Shown piece by piece: positions 37,539 to 50,450 of a DNA stretch of 64,000 nt. The translations under genes were made by a program, and so were the position numbers. The notes beneath the pieces were generated by a model. It made no database searches. It had not been told where the DNA came from and saw only the letters and a program-made list of their open reading frames with translations. The stretch is from Gekko japonicus. Lineage: Eukaryota. Positions within the stretch are counted from its first letter, which is position 1. The number at the start of each line of letters is the position of its first letter. The stretch is taken from the NCBI RefSeq assembly GCF_001447785.1, contig NW_015162518.1, positions 343,455-407,454 on the forward strand, written 5' to 3'.

Positions 37539-38774
37539 TAGGGATGGGCACAAACTGAACCACAAAGCGCCCATTTACCTCTTTTACTCAGTCTTAGCCT
37601 TGCCAGCCATATTATAATATTTCACCGGGATCATGTATATTACCAGCCCAAAAATCGGGGTGTTGCACCAAATGGTTAGACCGTCTGGCACTAAGACTGA
37701 AGGCACTTTTGGAGGACAAGGATGTGCGTAAGTGTAGATCAGCTATTATGGACATCTCCCAGGACTGGAATCCCTTGATCCCTTTTGACAACATGCTTTG
37801 GCTCCTGATACCATTACTAGAACGTGATGCCACTACACAAGTACAGATTTCTAGGAATTACTCAAATTCTAAGAATTACTCAATGGTTTGATAATTAATG
37901 CCAAAAAAACAAAAACAAAAAAGGAGCTTAGAGCCACTTATCAGGCATATAAGACTTCCATGCATCCGGCAGGGAGGGCAAAATAGAGAATGAACAAACA
38001 AACAAACATTATGTCTAAAGAAGTTCAAGTTCTATAAAAAAGTAGTGGCAACAAAGAATCAAGCAGATATAATGATGTTATGGAATCAAATAAACCAGTC
38101 AACCAAAGATAAAAATGATGTGCTTTTTTGGAAACTGATACCCAGACGCTCTCATAAGGTTATTTCACATATAGACTCTTTAATTTCACCCAATAAATGG
38201 GAGGTGTATTTTAGGAAACTACATGCAGAGGCTCAGCAATCATCTTATATCTCCAAAACCCAGAGGATCCGCCAGACTGGTCTCCTGTTACCATAAAGGA
38301 AATCAAGTCCCTCATTGGCCAACTCAAGAGAGGCAAAGCTCCTGGCACAGATAATATCCCATCAGAGTTTATTAAAGGAGAACACTGACTGGTGGGCCTC
38401 TCCGCTGGCCTCCCTTTTCACTGATATTGACTCGACTGGGGAAATCCCTGATGATTGGAAGAAGGCGATCATAATTCCATTTTTTAAGATGTGGAGATGA
38501 TCTGACAAACTATGTACCTATCAGTTTACTAAGTATAATTGGCAAGCTCTGTGCTAGTCATCTCCTTGAGAAATTCAAGAGTTAGTTAGACCAGGAGAAT
38601 CTTTTAGTGGATGAACAGGTGGGCTTTAGAGAAGGGCAATCCACCATGGGGCACAATCTGATCTTGTCACATCCAATAGATAAGTATGCCTCCAAAAATG
38701 CAGTTCGTGGTTCATGTACCGGCTATGCCATGAACCATCATGAACTGCATTTTCTCAGTTTGTGCCCATCTCTA
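37539..38774. mobile_element. Small palindromic TAGGGATGGG MITE enclosing an internal LINE ORF2 fragment (about 37565-38693, plus strand)
   Basis: TIRs tagggatgggcacaaactga / tcagtttgtgcccatctcta; interior translates SAHLPL (SDHxP-like), WFD, QLKRGKAPGTDNIP, GEIPDDWKKAIIIPFFK, NYVPISLLSIIGKL, EQVGFREGQST. Confidence 0.8.
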
Positions 38775-39034
38775 TCAAGGAACTTCCTCTTCTGCTGCAG
38801 CTTACTTAACCACTTTTTTAAACATACCAGGAATCAGCAGATTCTCAGGAACACCGTAAGGGCCAATATGTGTGAAAGGGAAACCGGTGGTGCATGGCTG
38901 GTGGGGCATGGACAGGGGCGCTGGAACAAGGGAATGGGGAACTTAATTAGATTACTGTGAGGTGGGGGCAGCAAAGGAAACAGAGAGAAGGCATGTCGTC
39001 TCTCTCTCTCTGCCCCCCTCCCCCCATGGAAGTG

Positions 39035-39345
39035 ATGAGGCTGGGGAAGGAAAGGACAGCAGCCCTGCCACTTCTGGTCAGTTTCACTCCCATCAGCTGT
39101 TCATCAGGGAGTGAAACTGACCAGAAGAAGCAGGGCAGCTTTCCTATCCTTCCCCAGCCTCCTTGCTGCTGCAGGGGGGGGGCAGTGGTTGGGGAAAGAA
39201 AGGGAAGCCCCCCGGCCACTTTCTGGTCAGTTTCACTTCCCTCCAATTGACTGTTAGGGTTAACAGCTGATTGGGGGGGACCGAAACTGACCAGAAGTGG
39301 CATGGCAACTTTCCTTCCCCAGCCTCCCTGCCACTGCAGGGCAAG
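39035..39345. repeat. Two tandem ~160-bp palindromic units, probably a MITE interior
   Basis: ttctggtcagtttc..gaaactgaccagaa hairpins at 39059-39139 and 39215-39301. Confidence 0.75.
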
Positions 39346-41889
39346 GCGCTCTGAGGGGTGGCGTTCTGGGGGGGTCTGCCATCCTCCCGGGGTGGGGCAG
39401 GGCTCATATGTGATGGGGCTCTTCCCCCAAATGCCCCATCATGGCTACGGACGTGCCACCCACTCTTCCACAAGCAGAAATTTAACTTTGTTGCAGGAAC
39501 TATGTGGTTGAATACACTCAAATATCAGTACTCAATTTTATTTTATTTGCTGTGGATCTTGTAAAGGGTTTTTTGCTGTGTCTGTGGTTATGGTGTGGCT
39601 TTTATTATGCAATGAAGTTGGCACAAAGAGAAAAAAAACGGTACACAAAGAAGAGTGATGTATTTGCCCTGCACAAAGAAAATTGAAATGGAGAAATCCT
39701 GGTCAGGGATGAGAGATTTGAAATCATACCTAGACCAAATGATGCTACAAAGGGTTCCCGTTGTGTAAAATTGTTAGTTACCATATCATGTAAAAGGCTG
39801 ACAAAGAAGCATTCAGAGAATGAGCTACCTTGAAATATTGCCATCCAAGACTGCTGTGAGAATATGGTTCCCTTACATATATGCTGAAAAGAAAAATAGC
39901 AGTCATATGGGGGTCCACTGGTTTTTTTTTCCCCTCCCTGCAAATGGAGGCATCCCAGTCTTGGTCTGAGTAAATGCATACACAGTCACAATACAATTTT
40001 ATTGGCCAGCTTTGAGACACATCTATATTTTTAAACGAACAATTGGTTTAATGGTTCCCTTCCTCCCACCCCTTAAAAACATAAAGCACAGTGTGGCTTG
40101 AGCATGATAGGTTCAGGTGATTGACTTCATGCATTCACTGAAACTCCTTATGGTATGAAATCACTGGTGAACATTAAGTCCAGATGCACAGCACTGCCAC
40201 AATTACAATATTTACAGCTCTTCCCTGCTGATTTCACAAATAGAGCCTGTCAATCAGTGGGGTGCTGTTTTAAAGGCAAGTAGGCTGCAGAATAAATGGG
40301 AAAAATGAGACCCTTCAATCAGATATGGCAGGCTCATTCCTTTCTTCCTTCCACTATAGATTGGGGCAAAAAGGTTCTTTGTCTTAAAGCTTTCTTCTCC
40401 GTCCCATCCATTTGCTGGACATCGATGCCACATCACAGACAGTGAGCCTCTAATCTCTTGGCGACAATATCCCCTTCTTCTTTTTCTGAATACTGGAAAG
40501 TTCAGGACATCATGATTATGGGCTTTTTTTTGCACAGAGAGAGCAGAAGAGGCTTCAGGCACTGAAAAAGTTGGAGCATGAAAATGCTGCATTTGATAGG
40601 GTCTACCAATGTTCAGCAATGTTCTATGTGACATGCCAACTTTTGAAATATACAGAACTCTTCCTCGGACTGAATGTTTTAATGAAGCAAAGAAATTGTT
40701 TCTTTGTAAGGCTATATATCATGGCACTCTTTTGCTACTATCATTTATTTAAGACTCAAGATGGAAAGGTAAGAAACAGTGCCATCATAAGCAAAGTTAT
40801 AGCTTTCCAAGCCAAATGGCTTCAATTATCAGAAGAGTTATTCTTAATTAGAACCATAGGGACTCAGCTACAAATATTGGGGAGCACATACAACTTCTTG
40901 TGGCAATTTTGGAGGGACAGTCACTATTTTAATCACCCCTTATTTCCACTCGAGATGGCTTCTGGCAGCCAGTGGAGATGTTTTATACTTCAAATTCAAC
41001 CTTAAAGATAAAATCCCTGAACCAAGATTTCTCTCTCAGGCCCTTAGAAATGGCAGACATCAATCAGGAATCCAAGAGGAATGTCCCCTGTCTGCGTAGG
41101 CCAAAGTACAGCAAAAATGAATACTCTTCCATCCATGAGATCAAGTTCTGTGATGAGCTTGCTGAAAGAAGAAAACAGAGTAGGCATCGTTACAGAAAAA
41201 ATGATAACAGACAAGTTCTCCAGAATGTGTCAAGTCCTTGTCCTGGATATCATATGTCTAGGTCATAAATACATCTATATAAACAAAATTGTTTTGTCTG
41301 GAATGCTGCTTTTAAAATACTTAAGAAATTATGGCTGGGAGGGGAAGTGGATTTTGATGATAATATCATATTCATGGTCAGTGGTAGTAATGTAAAGGGT
41401 TAAGACTCACTGAGTTAGAACTCTTGGTTGGACCCACCAGCTTTTCCACAGGGCACAGTGGGGGTGGGAATGTCCCTATTCACCACCCAAAAGGCTACAC
41501 TGGGAAAAACAACTTTGAGATAGGGATCACAATGAGGAGAAGAATCAAGGACAATAAGGCTGAAGAGCTGGTAGGATCCAACCTATGTCTTCTGTGTAAT
41601 ATCTCAAGTTTGAAAGAGTAGTAAAATGGAGAAGATGAAGGATATTCCTTTGGAAATAAGAAAACAAAAGTTAAGCTAAGTCTCTGTCACTCTTTCTTGC
41701 ATAAAATTTCCCAGATGGTTCTTTATAACACCCTTCCCACTTTCAGACTGGGATATAAGGAATCAGAGATCGCATTCCTGCTTGTATCTGACAAAGGATG
41801 CTTTGACTCTTGAAAGTTCATACCCCAAAAATCTTGTTGTCCTTTAAGGTGCTACTGGACATGAATCTAGCTCTCCTACTGCAGAACAA

Positions 41890-42222
41890 ATAGGAGCTGC
41901 GGTGGCTCAAGTGGTTAAGACGCTGAACTGCAGGCTGTGGAAGGTCGGTAGTTCAGCAGTTCGAGACCCAGGTGCCGCATGACGGAGTGAGCTCCCGTCT
42001 CTAGTTCCAGCTCCTGCCAACCTAGCTGTTCGAAAGCAAGACATTGCAAGTAGATAAATAGGTACCACTTCGGTGGGAAGGAAACAGCGTTCAGTGCGCC
42101 TTGGCGTTTAGTCATGCCGGCCACATGACTAGACGTCTTCGGCTTTGAAACGGAGATGAGCACCGCAACCCTAGAGTCGGATTTGACTGGCTTTCGAGCA
42201 AGGGAACCTTTACCTTTACCTT
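41890..42222 (+). mobile_element. Sauria SINE, essentially full length
   Basis: tRNA head ggtggctcaagtggttaag..gttcgagaccc, Sauria body gtgagctcccg..gtagataaataggtacc, BovB-like 3' end ctagagtcgga, (ACCTTT)n tail; 13-bp TSD tactgcagaacaa; inserted in a Penelope terminal-repeat remnant (41784-41889). Confidence 0.93.
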
Positions 42223-42596
42223 TACTGCAGAACAACAGTGATACCCCTCAAAAGCTATCATTTTGCTATTTTAGCATGTTTTATTCCTGTGTTAGGAAAG
42301 AAAATATCCCCCCCCTCTTTATTTCCAAATAGTTCCCAAGAAAACAAGTAGGTATCTTTCTTGCAACTGCAGGATGACCTATTTTGTATTGCTTCCTAGC
42401 ATCAAAACTTTGCTTCTTAATTCTCCCCTTGCCCTGTCAGCCATGACCCAAGGATGAAACCTTGCTTTTTGGACAATTGTATTGCTTCTGGAATTCTCAC
42501 ATGCCTGTCAGTTTCCAAGTTAGGCAATCATAGCAGCCAAAGACACTTTTTAAGAGCCATATTTGGTTCCATTTTAAATGATATTGGGCTCTGGAG

Positions 42597-43015
42597 TAGG
42601 GTTGCCAGACCCCTTGGTGGAGGCAGAGGTCCCCTACTGACAGGCCCCACCACTCCTCTGCCGATCTGCTGGCTGGCAGGGAGAACTTACCCTGAAAAAA
42701 AGTTGGAGATCCATCCAACATGCAGTGATGTGTCCACACCACTGCCCACATTACCCAGGAGTGATATCATCACATCCAGGACATCAGGGCAACGTTCTAG
42801 TGTTTGGGCAAGAATTCTATGGTAGAAGCCAAATTTACCATAGAGTCTTTGCCCAAATACCAGAGTGTCACCCTGACATCCTGAAAATGATGATGTCATT
42901 TCCATGTCACATGGGCAGTGAGGTAGACACATTGCTGTATGTCAGATGGTCCTCCCTGTTGCTCCCGGTAATTCCCGCTCTCCCACTAGTTGCCAGGAGG
43001 GACTTGGCAACCCTA
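42597..43015. mobile_element. hAT MITE (TAGGGTTGCCA TIR) with a long internal inverted repeat
   Basis: TIRs tagggttgcca / tggcaacccta; TSD ctctggag / ctctagag; internal arms ..tttgggcaagaattctatggta / taccatagagtctttgcccaaa.. Confidence 0.9.
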
Positions 43016-43930
43016 CTCTAGAGACACAGGCTGCAGACTCTGATCTGTACATACAATCATACTGAATATAATTGCTATGATGGTTCCTCACTTCCCTTTT
43101 TCTTTTTATGTACTGAGCAGACCCTATGCTTCTTTTTTTTGTTTTCCTGTCTGTCCCACCCAGTTTTAAAATAACCATAGATATATGCTGACCCAGCCTG
43201 TGATGCTGAGGAACCATAAAATCCTTCATTTTTATATATCAGATTATGGTATAAGAGAGGCTGATAGTAATTCAAAACAAGCAAACTGCTTAATTTCACT
43301 TCTGTGGGGAAATGGTCAGGTAGGTATCAGGTTTGGAACTTGGCAGATGAACAGGCAACAGGAATGTATAATATGGACAATCACATAACTGTTCAGTTAT
43401 ATAGAAAGATCTTTATAACTGTGGAGTGAGATCTCTTGCCAGTCACTGCTTAAGTGAACAGGCATAAGATTATTTGTCTCAAAACTACTTAAGTCTGTGA
43501 AGGTAGGAACAGACACACAAGTTTCACTTTTCCATCTTAAACTCTTGATTGGGATCACTCCCCTTTTATTAGGAGCAGGTTCCCTCAGGGGACTACTCAT
43601 CCCACTTCCCTAATTCAGGATCCTCCTCAATCCTTCACTCTGCTTAACTGAACTCAGCAGTTCCAATTGCCACTCTCAACTCTCACTCTTAACTGTAGAA
43701 TTCCATTTGAATCCCCTGTCACTAAAGGTTTTCAGACTGGGTTAACACATTAAACATTCACTGTCCATTACAGCTGCACATTGAAAAATATGCATATATT
43801 TTATGTACAATTTTCAGTGTAAAACACATGGCATGTGTATAAAGAATCACGAAGACAAGAATGAAGATAAATGGAAACTCCCCCCCCCGAAGAAGCAGCT
43901 CAAAGGAGAAATTCAAAATGTCTCTGTATT

Positions 43931-44590
43931 CACTGCCACAGGAGGTGGTGGCAGCTACAAGCATGGACAGCTTCAAGGGGGAATTAGATAAGCCTATGGA
44001 GCAGAGGTCCATCAGTGGCTATTAGCCACAAGGTATAGTTAGGTGGCTCAAGTGGTTAAGACGCTGAACTGCAGGCTGGAAGTTCGGTAGTTCAACAGTT
44101 TGAGACCCGAGTGCCGCATGACGGAGTGAGCTCCCATCTCTGGTCCCAGCTCCTGTCAACCTAGCAGTTTGAAAGCAAGAAATTGCAAGTAGATAAATAG
44201 GTACTGCTTTGGTGGGAAGGTAACAACGTTCCATGCGCCTTGGCATTTAGTCATGCCGGCCACATGACCATGGAAATGTCTTCAGACAGCGCTGGCTCTT
44301 TGGTTTGAAAACAGAGATGAGCACTGCAACCCTAGAGTCAGATTCGACTGGCTTTCAAGCAAGGGAAACCTTTACCTTTATATATATAGTTAGGAACTCT
44401 CAGGCTGGGGCAAGTGATACACTGTATTCTTGGTGCTTGGGGGGGGCAACAGTGGGAGGGCTTCTACTGTCCTGGCCCCACTGCTGGACCTCCTGATGGC
44501 ACCTGGTATTTTTGGACACTGTGCGACAGAGAGTTGGACTAGATGGGCCATTGGCCTGATCCAACATTGGCTTCTCTTATGTTCTTATTC
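43931..44590 (+). mobile_element. CR1 3' fragment (same subfamily as 6430-7621) split by a Sauria SINE
   Basis: cactgccacaggaggtggtggc..tatggagcagaggtccatcagtggctattag | ..ctgctggacctcctga..gatgggcca..cttctcttatgttcttat. Confidence 0.9.
44044..44384 (+). mobile_element. Sauria SINE nested in CR1
   Basis: Same body as 41890-42222; acctttaccttt tail; TSD tatagttagg (44034-44043, 44385-44394). Confidence 0.93.
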
Positions 44591-45556
44591 CTTTCAGCTA
44601 CATGTGCTTGACCTTCCTTTTTGTTCAGGATAAGGAATTAAGAGTTGTTTCAAAGGCTTTGTTGAAAAAGTGGGTTTTGAGGTAGAATTTGGAGAAAGAC
44701 AAAACTAACTTGTAAATATTCTGGGAGATTCTTTTTCAGTGTATGCTTGAAATGATGTATTTTTTCTCAGTAAACTTCTCAGGTCCATGTTCTCATTACT
44801 CCCCAAACTTGCTGAATGAAGGTAGCCATTTACTGTATCAGTGAAAGTGATTAAAAGGTACACCCCTCAAACACAAACTAAGGCTCTCAGTATTGCTATG
44901 AAGAGGAATGTGGAAGTCAAATTCTCCTCATGCCCTTGCCAAATCAGAGACCAAGCACATTTTAAATGCAGACAAGTACATGTATTCTCCTCTCCAGCTT
45001 CATTCAATTCTCCTCTCCCATTCCCCAAACAAGAAACATCCTTTGGCATCTTCTTGTCTTCAAAGGGTTGGAGCTGTCAGACACAGCTGTCTTGTTACCT
45101 TTTTTGCCAACCTGTTAGCCGTGAGGAGCCTTGAACTCCAGCCAGGGCTCGGCCCTCCCTGGCTAGTCACTAGGGGCTGCAATCCTAAAAGCAACTAACT
45201 TGGAAGTCACTCTCATGCCACTCAATGAAACTTACTTCTAATCAAACAGGAAATTTAGTGCAAGATTTGCTTTGATGGTCCTGCTACAGCCATTCAGTTT
45301 GGCCAGGACTAGCAGAGGCCAGGTATCCAAACATAGCCATAATAAGGTAAGATTAAAAAGCCTGATTGCTGAGGTGACAACTGTTTTTTACCACTTCATG
45401 TTTAAGATGGGGGGAATCACTTCTGAATTTTCACCCATGATAAGAAAATGCCTACAAATTTTAAAAAAAAAACTGGGGAAAAGGTCTAGGCCTTTACCTG
45501 GGGTGCTGGTTTTCAATTTGTGGGGAAGTTATTGTTATTATTTTCACAGGAAGAGG

Positions 45557-46076
45557 TAGGGATGGGCATGAACTGGATGCCAAACCAAAGTTCATCATGA
45601 ATTTAGGTCTGTTCATGAACTGAAGGACCAGACCGCTTTTTAGTGGAGCTCCCCGCCACTCAGCAGTTTGGTTTAAGTGGCTCTGATTCATGGGGAGCAG
45701 AAAGAAGGGTTTAAATGGAAGGGGTGAAGTGCCTTCCTGGGTGCACTTCACCCCCACCTTTCTGCTAGCTGTTTTTTGGGCTGCCTTCTGCAGTCCTTTT
45801 AAAGTTTCAAGGGTTTACAGAAGACAACCCGAAACAGCTGAGTGGTGGGGAGCAAGCTGCTCCCCGCCACTCAGCTGTTCCTTGGGCTTTCTGTATACCC
45901 TGTTAAAAGAGACTACAACCAGTGGGGTTTACAGGGCCACGAAACATACAATGGGGTTTACAGGGCCACGAAACATACAAACTGGTTTGGTTTATAAATG
46001 AGCCTCCTAGTTTGGTTTGAGGTTCAGACACAAACCATGAACCGAACAGCATTTTCCAGGTTCGTGCCCATCCCTA
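45557..46076. mobile_element. hAT-type MITE (TAGGGATGGGCA TIR)
   Basis: TIRs tagggatgggcatgaac / gttcgtgcccatcccta; 8-bp TSD ggaagagg / ggaagagc; internal 30-bp tandem duplication at ~45922-45981. Confidence 0.9.
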
Positions 46077-47961
46077 GGAAGAGCTACAAAAAGGGTATTT
46101 CCCTTCTAGGGCTGTAATCCTCCAGGTGGGGCTTGGAGTTTGCCTGGAATTACAACTGATCTGCAGACTATAGTTTTCCTCCGGAAGCCTGGAGAAAATG
46201 TCAGCTTCAGAGGAAGGGACTCTGTGGCGTATAATGGAGTCTAGGTGAAATCCCACCTAAAATCCTACTTAATAGATACCACCTCCAAATTGCCAGGAAT
46301 TTCTCAGGCTGGCGTTGGTAACCCTACTGCCATATGCAATGTAAAGTGATGAATTCCACTACACAATTATAATGCTCAGATCTTTCTGCTCAGATCTATA
46401 GCAAAGGTGAGGATGCACATAGAGTGCTGATCTACTTAAACAAACAATATGATACACTCACATCCTAGAAGCCTGGGTCCACTTGCCTGCCTGGCTCACT
46501 TAGGACCACAGGCAACAAACAATGGGCTAAGAACTGAAGTCCAAGAGCTGTTTGGCTTCTGTCAAAGGGATGTGATTCCTGCCATGGCAAGCTAAACATC
46601 TGAAACGGAGGAAGAGCAGACTCTCATTCCAAATGTCCTTCATCTGGCAGAGACATAATCGGTTGGATTCACCCAGTACTATTGCTTTTATAGAAGAAAA
46701 CCAGCTGTCCCTTATGTGTTTTTAACCATATTTCTTTTCAATTTTTTAGGAACAATCTCTAATGCCTTCATTGTAAGCTCTTATGTCATGAGTTAGAGGC
46801 CATTTGATATTTTTTAAAAAATCCTAAATGAGATGAAAATTGGAAACATCAGTTTGCCAGATGAAGTGGATTTGGGCTGAGTTTCTGATCTAACTGGCTC
46901 TTCTGATGCAGAAAAGGGGAGAAAGGTTCCAAAAAGGCTAGGCTGGGGATCAAGAGACATGCATGTATAAAAGCCATGTTGGATGGGGATTGTAGTTAGC
47001 AGGAGAACTGGATGAGATAGTGGGTTGGCTTGAAGACTATATTTTCCAGTAGTGGAATGGAACTTTACTGCCTCCAAGTGCAGCCAACTGATCTCCATGA
47101 AATACTTCTTGTGGGGGACAGGGGACCCTGAGAAAAGGCATCTGAGGCCTGCAACAGGTTGTGGAAATCATCAACAATTGCCAGTGCAGTCTAGATCCAT
47201 CCCATAGAATGCAAAAGCAGGCTGGACCCAACCCTAAATGACTTGTTGATGGAGTCTAGGAATGAGAAAAGGTTTCCTATTTCGTTGAGTTTTTAAAAAA
47301 TCTTATATTTTGGTTCTTCTATTTCTGCAGTTAGTTTTGTAAGTGCCTTTGTATTCTGTACTCATGTTGGATGGTATTTATGTGTACCCATAACAATCCA
47401 TGGCACTCAGCAAAGTTTAAAGTTTGCCTTTCTCCAGCAAATAAAAATAAAAATCCTCCCACTTGAGTGGCTCTTCCTCCAGATCATGGTATTTATCTGT
47501 ATGATATACATGATTTACTCATATGATATATAATGCTGGTTTACTGAAATAAATAATATGGGAGAAAATGTACATTTTTTTTGCAGGGAAATCACAGTGC
47601 GAGGGGGAAAGGGGGCAGAAAAGGAAATAATCTCAGATCCAGTGTTATGTAACAGAGAAGCAAAAACAAAAGAGAGGATTGGGGGTTGAAAAATCAAAGG
47701 TGAGAAATTGAGGATAAGACATGATGTCACTGTGAGGGACAGTTTCCTTTCTGCACAGTTGATGATAACATCTAGAATTATGGGTTTTTCTCTTCACTCA
47801 ATGAGATATGTTGACTCCCAAAATGTAGATTGCTTGCAAATCACTCCTTGAGGTATGATGTTTTACTTCAAATATTCCAAACAAGTTTAGTGAACTGGAA
47901 GCATGAGAAAAAAGCAAGAGTCTAGCAGCACCATAAAGACTATCAAAATTTGTGGCAAGGT

Positions 47962-48340
47962 CCTCGTCGGAAGTAGAAAAAGGGGCGGCAGCCCCCAAAC
48001 GAGAATACCAATTGAGGATTAGAAAAGATAAAACAAAATGAAGGCTGAAGAACTCTGATCTGTGCCTTGAAGTTATTTTTTTTTAACGATGCTCTTGAGA
48101 TGTTCTTTAAACAGTTAAAATAATGGTTTTAAAGATAAATAATATAGCTTAATCGACCATGTTCAATGTAATCTTAGCATTTTAGACTAACACTGATACG
48201 AGCTTTTGTAATGATCTCCTATACTTGGGTTTTTAGTGGTTTTCTTTCCTTTCTCCCATAGACGTAGTTTCCCCTCCCTTTTTTTCATTGTAGTTTATAG
48301 AAAAATGCAATAAAAAATCCCCTACGGGGGGACCAAAAAA
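47962..48340 (+). mobile_element. 5'-truncated polyadenylated retro-insertion (L1-machinery type) inside a Penelope terminal-repeat remnant
   Basis: TSD aaaa(t/a)ttgtggcaaggt (47945-47961, 48338-48354); AATAAA near 48309; short A tail; host sequence agagtctagcagcaccataaagact..|..gtaagcttccgtgagtcactgctcacttcttcag resumes on both sides. Confidence 0.8.
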
Positions 48341-48699
48341 AATTGTGGCAAGGTGTAAGCTTCCGTGAGTCACTGCTCACTTCTTCAGTAACTCACAAAA
48401 GCCCATACGCTGCCATGTCTTTATGGTGCTTTCTGTCCCTCTGCCTGAGTCAGCATATTATCCAAAGTTGTTCTGGGATGGACTCTATGGCTTCCCCCCT
48501 CTTGGAGTCCTGGGCTTTGTACCATCCAGTACTATCTTCATCCTGGCATTTGACACATGGTCAGTGTGTGACCTCTTAAATGGTATTGTTCTATATTCTT
48601 CTTTCCACTCAAGCCTGAGCAGTTTCACCTGTTCATGTCTCACCTACAAGAAAAAAAAGATGCAAGATACTGTTTTTAAACATGTCCTTTTTGTTGCAT

Positions 48700-49560
48700 T
48701 GGATTGAGAAATTCCGCATGGCAACAGGAGTCCCACAAAAGAAAAATTATTTCAGAGGACAATTGCTTTAAGAAACAATCATTTCATCTCCTTCTTCTCC
48801 TCTTTCACGCCAGTCTCACATGCTTGTGATTATCAATATGGATTGTCACTGCTGTCTTTCTGGTTTCTAGGAATTGGCTGAGACAGGTGGCAAAGAAATT
48901 TAGGCTGAAGTTAATCAAAAGACAGCTTTAATAAGGGTTTCATAGATCAGTTGTGTCCTTTTTTCAAAAAGCATGTTTATCACTTTCTCTGTGAATGAAT
49001 TCGTGGTGCTGATGTGTTAAATTCCAGGAGTTCCGTCCCCAAGTCTCATTTCTCATACCCCTGTCACTAGAAGCCAATACCACGCCTCATCACAGTGATC
49101 GATTGAACTATTACCACCGGGTGACACCGAAGGCAGTGTTGCTGGTAGAAGCTGATGAGTCAGCTTTATCGATCCGATGATATGTGGCCTTGGCTGTCTT
49201 GGTTCTGACAATGTTGATGACATTTTCACACTGTGAGCTCACAAGTGATCGCCATCAGATCTCTCTTCTTTATTTACCTTCTGTTACTAACCTACACTGT
49301 TTCCCTACCCCAAAACGGGGCGGGATTCCTCCCTATTCCTTTTGAGATGGATTTTAAACCGCTACACCCTCTTCAATGAAAATAAAATCATCTGTGGATT
49401 GTGTAGTGTTACAACAGTATTGCCTATCAGGCCACATTCATCCGTTTCTATTTTTTTTTACTGCACCAGAATAATTATTGGCAATGATTGATAAAAGACT
49501 GTAATGATTTAAAAGCGTGGCTATCTAATTCAAGCTTGGCAAACAGCTTGCATAACAGTT
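48700..49560. promoter_or_regulatory. Candidate conserved non-coding element / enhancer
   Basis: ~850 bp free of recognisable repeats, elevated CpG retention, two ATCGAT motifs, TGAGTCAGC and several TGACA/TGTCA motifs. Confidence 0.45.
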
Positions 49561-50450
49561 ATGTGCCTAAACATTGTGAATGGTTCACAAGCGAAAACAA
49601 ATGAAAGTGAAATCAGCCTTTTTTCTTTAACAACTCTCAAGGTTGCCAGACTCCATGTGGGGCCAGGAGATCTCCTGGAATTGCAACTGATCCTCACGTG
49701 ACAGAGATCAGTTCTCCTGGAGGAAATGGGTGCTTTGAAAGTGGACTCTATGGTATTATACCCTCCTGAGGTCCCTTCCCAAGGCTCTGCCCCCAAATCT
49801 CCAGGAATATCCCAACCCAGGGTTGACAACTCTGCTAATCACATGTGGCTGGAATGTATCTATACTCCCTCTGTTTATCCCCACCTGCATCTGTCCACCC
49901 TCCCTTTGTCATGGCAAATTTTACTTTGTAAGCTCCTCAGAGCAGGGGCGTTGTCTTCTGTCTCGTGAATGGATGGCACTACATAAACCATAAATAATAA
50001 AAAGTGCAGTTTACTTATGGTATCGTTTTAACTACAAAGAAGACATCAGTGGAGTCAAGAAACGTACACACACAAAGATATGAAGCTGCCACATTCTGAA
50101 TCAGACCACTGATCCATCAAAGTCAATATTGTGGACTGAGACTGACAGGAGCTCTCCAGGGTCTCAGGCTACAACTTGATCCTTGCTGGGGATGCTAGGA
50201 TTGGACCTGAGACATTCTGCATGCCAAACAGATGTTCTACCTCTAAGCTATGACCCCTCCCTGAAAAATAATACCAATCTGAAGAATAAAAAATGCTAGA
50301 TTAGACCAGTTGNNNNNNNNNNNNNNNNNNNNNNNNNNNNNNNNNNNNNNNNNNNNNNNNNNNNNNNNNNNNNNNNNNNNNNNNNNNNNNNNNNNNNNNN
50401 NNNNNNNNNNNNNNNNNNNNNNNNNNNNNNNNNNNNNNNNNNNNNNNNNN

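Noticed and set aside
40539-41268. Coding-looking stretches (REQKRLQALKKLEHENAAFDR; ORF 40972-41268)
   Set aside because: No convincing donor sites or known homology; cannot be supported from the sequence alone.
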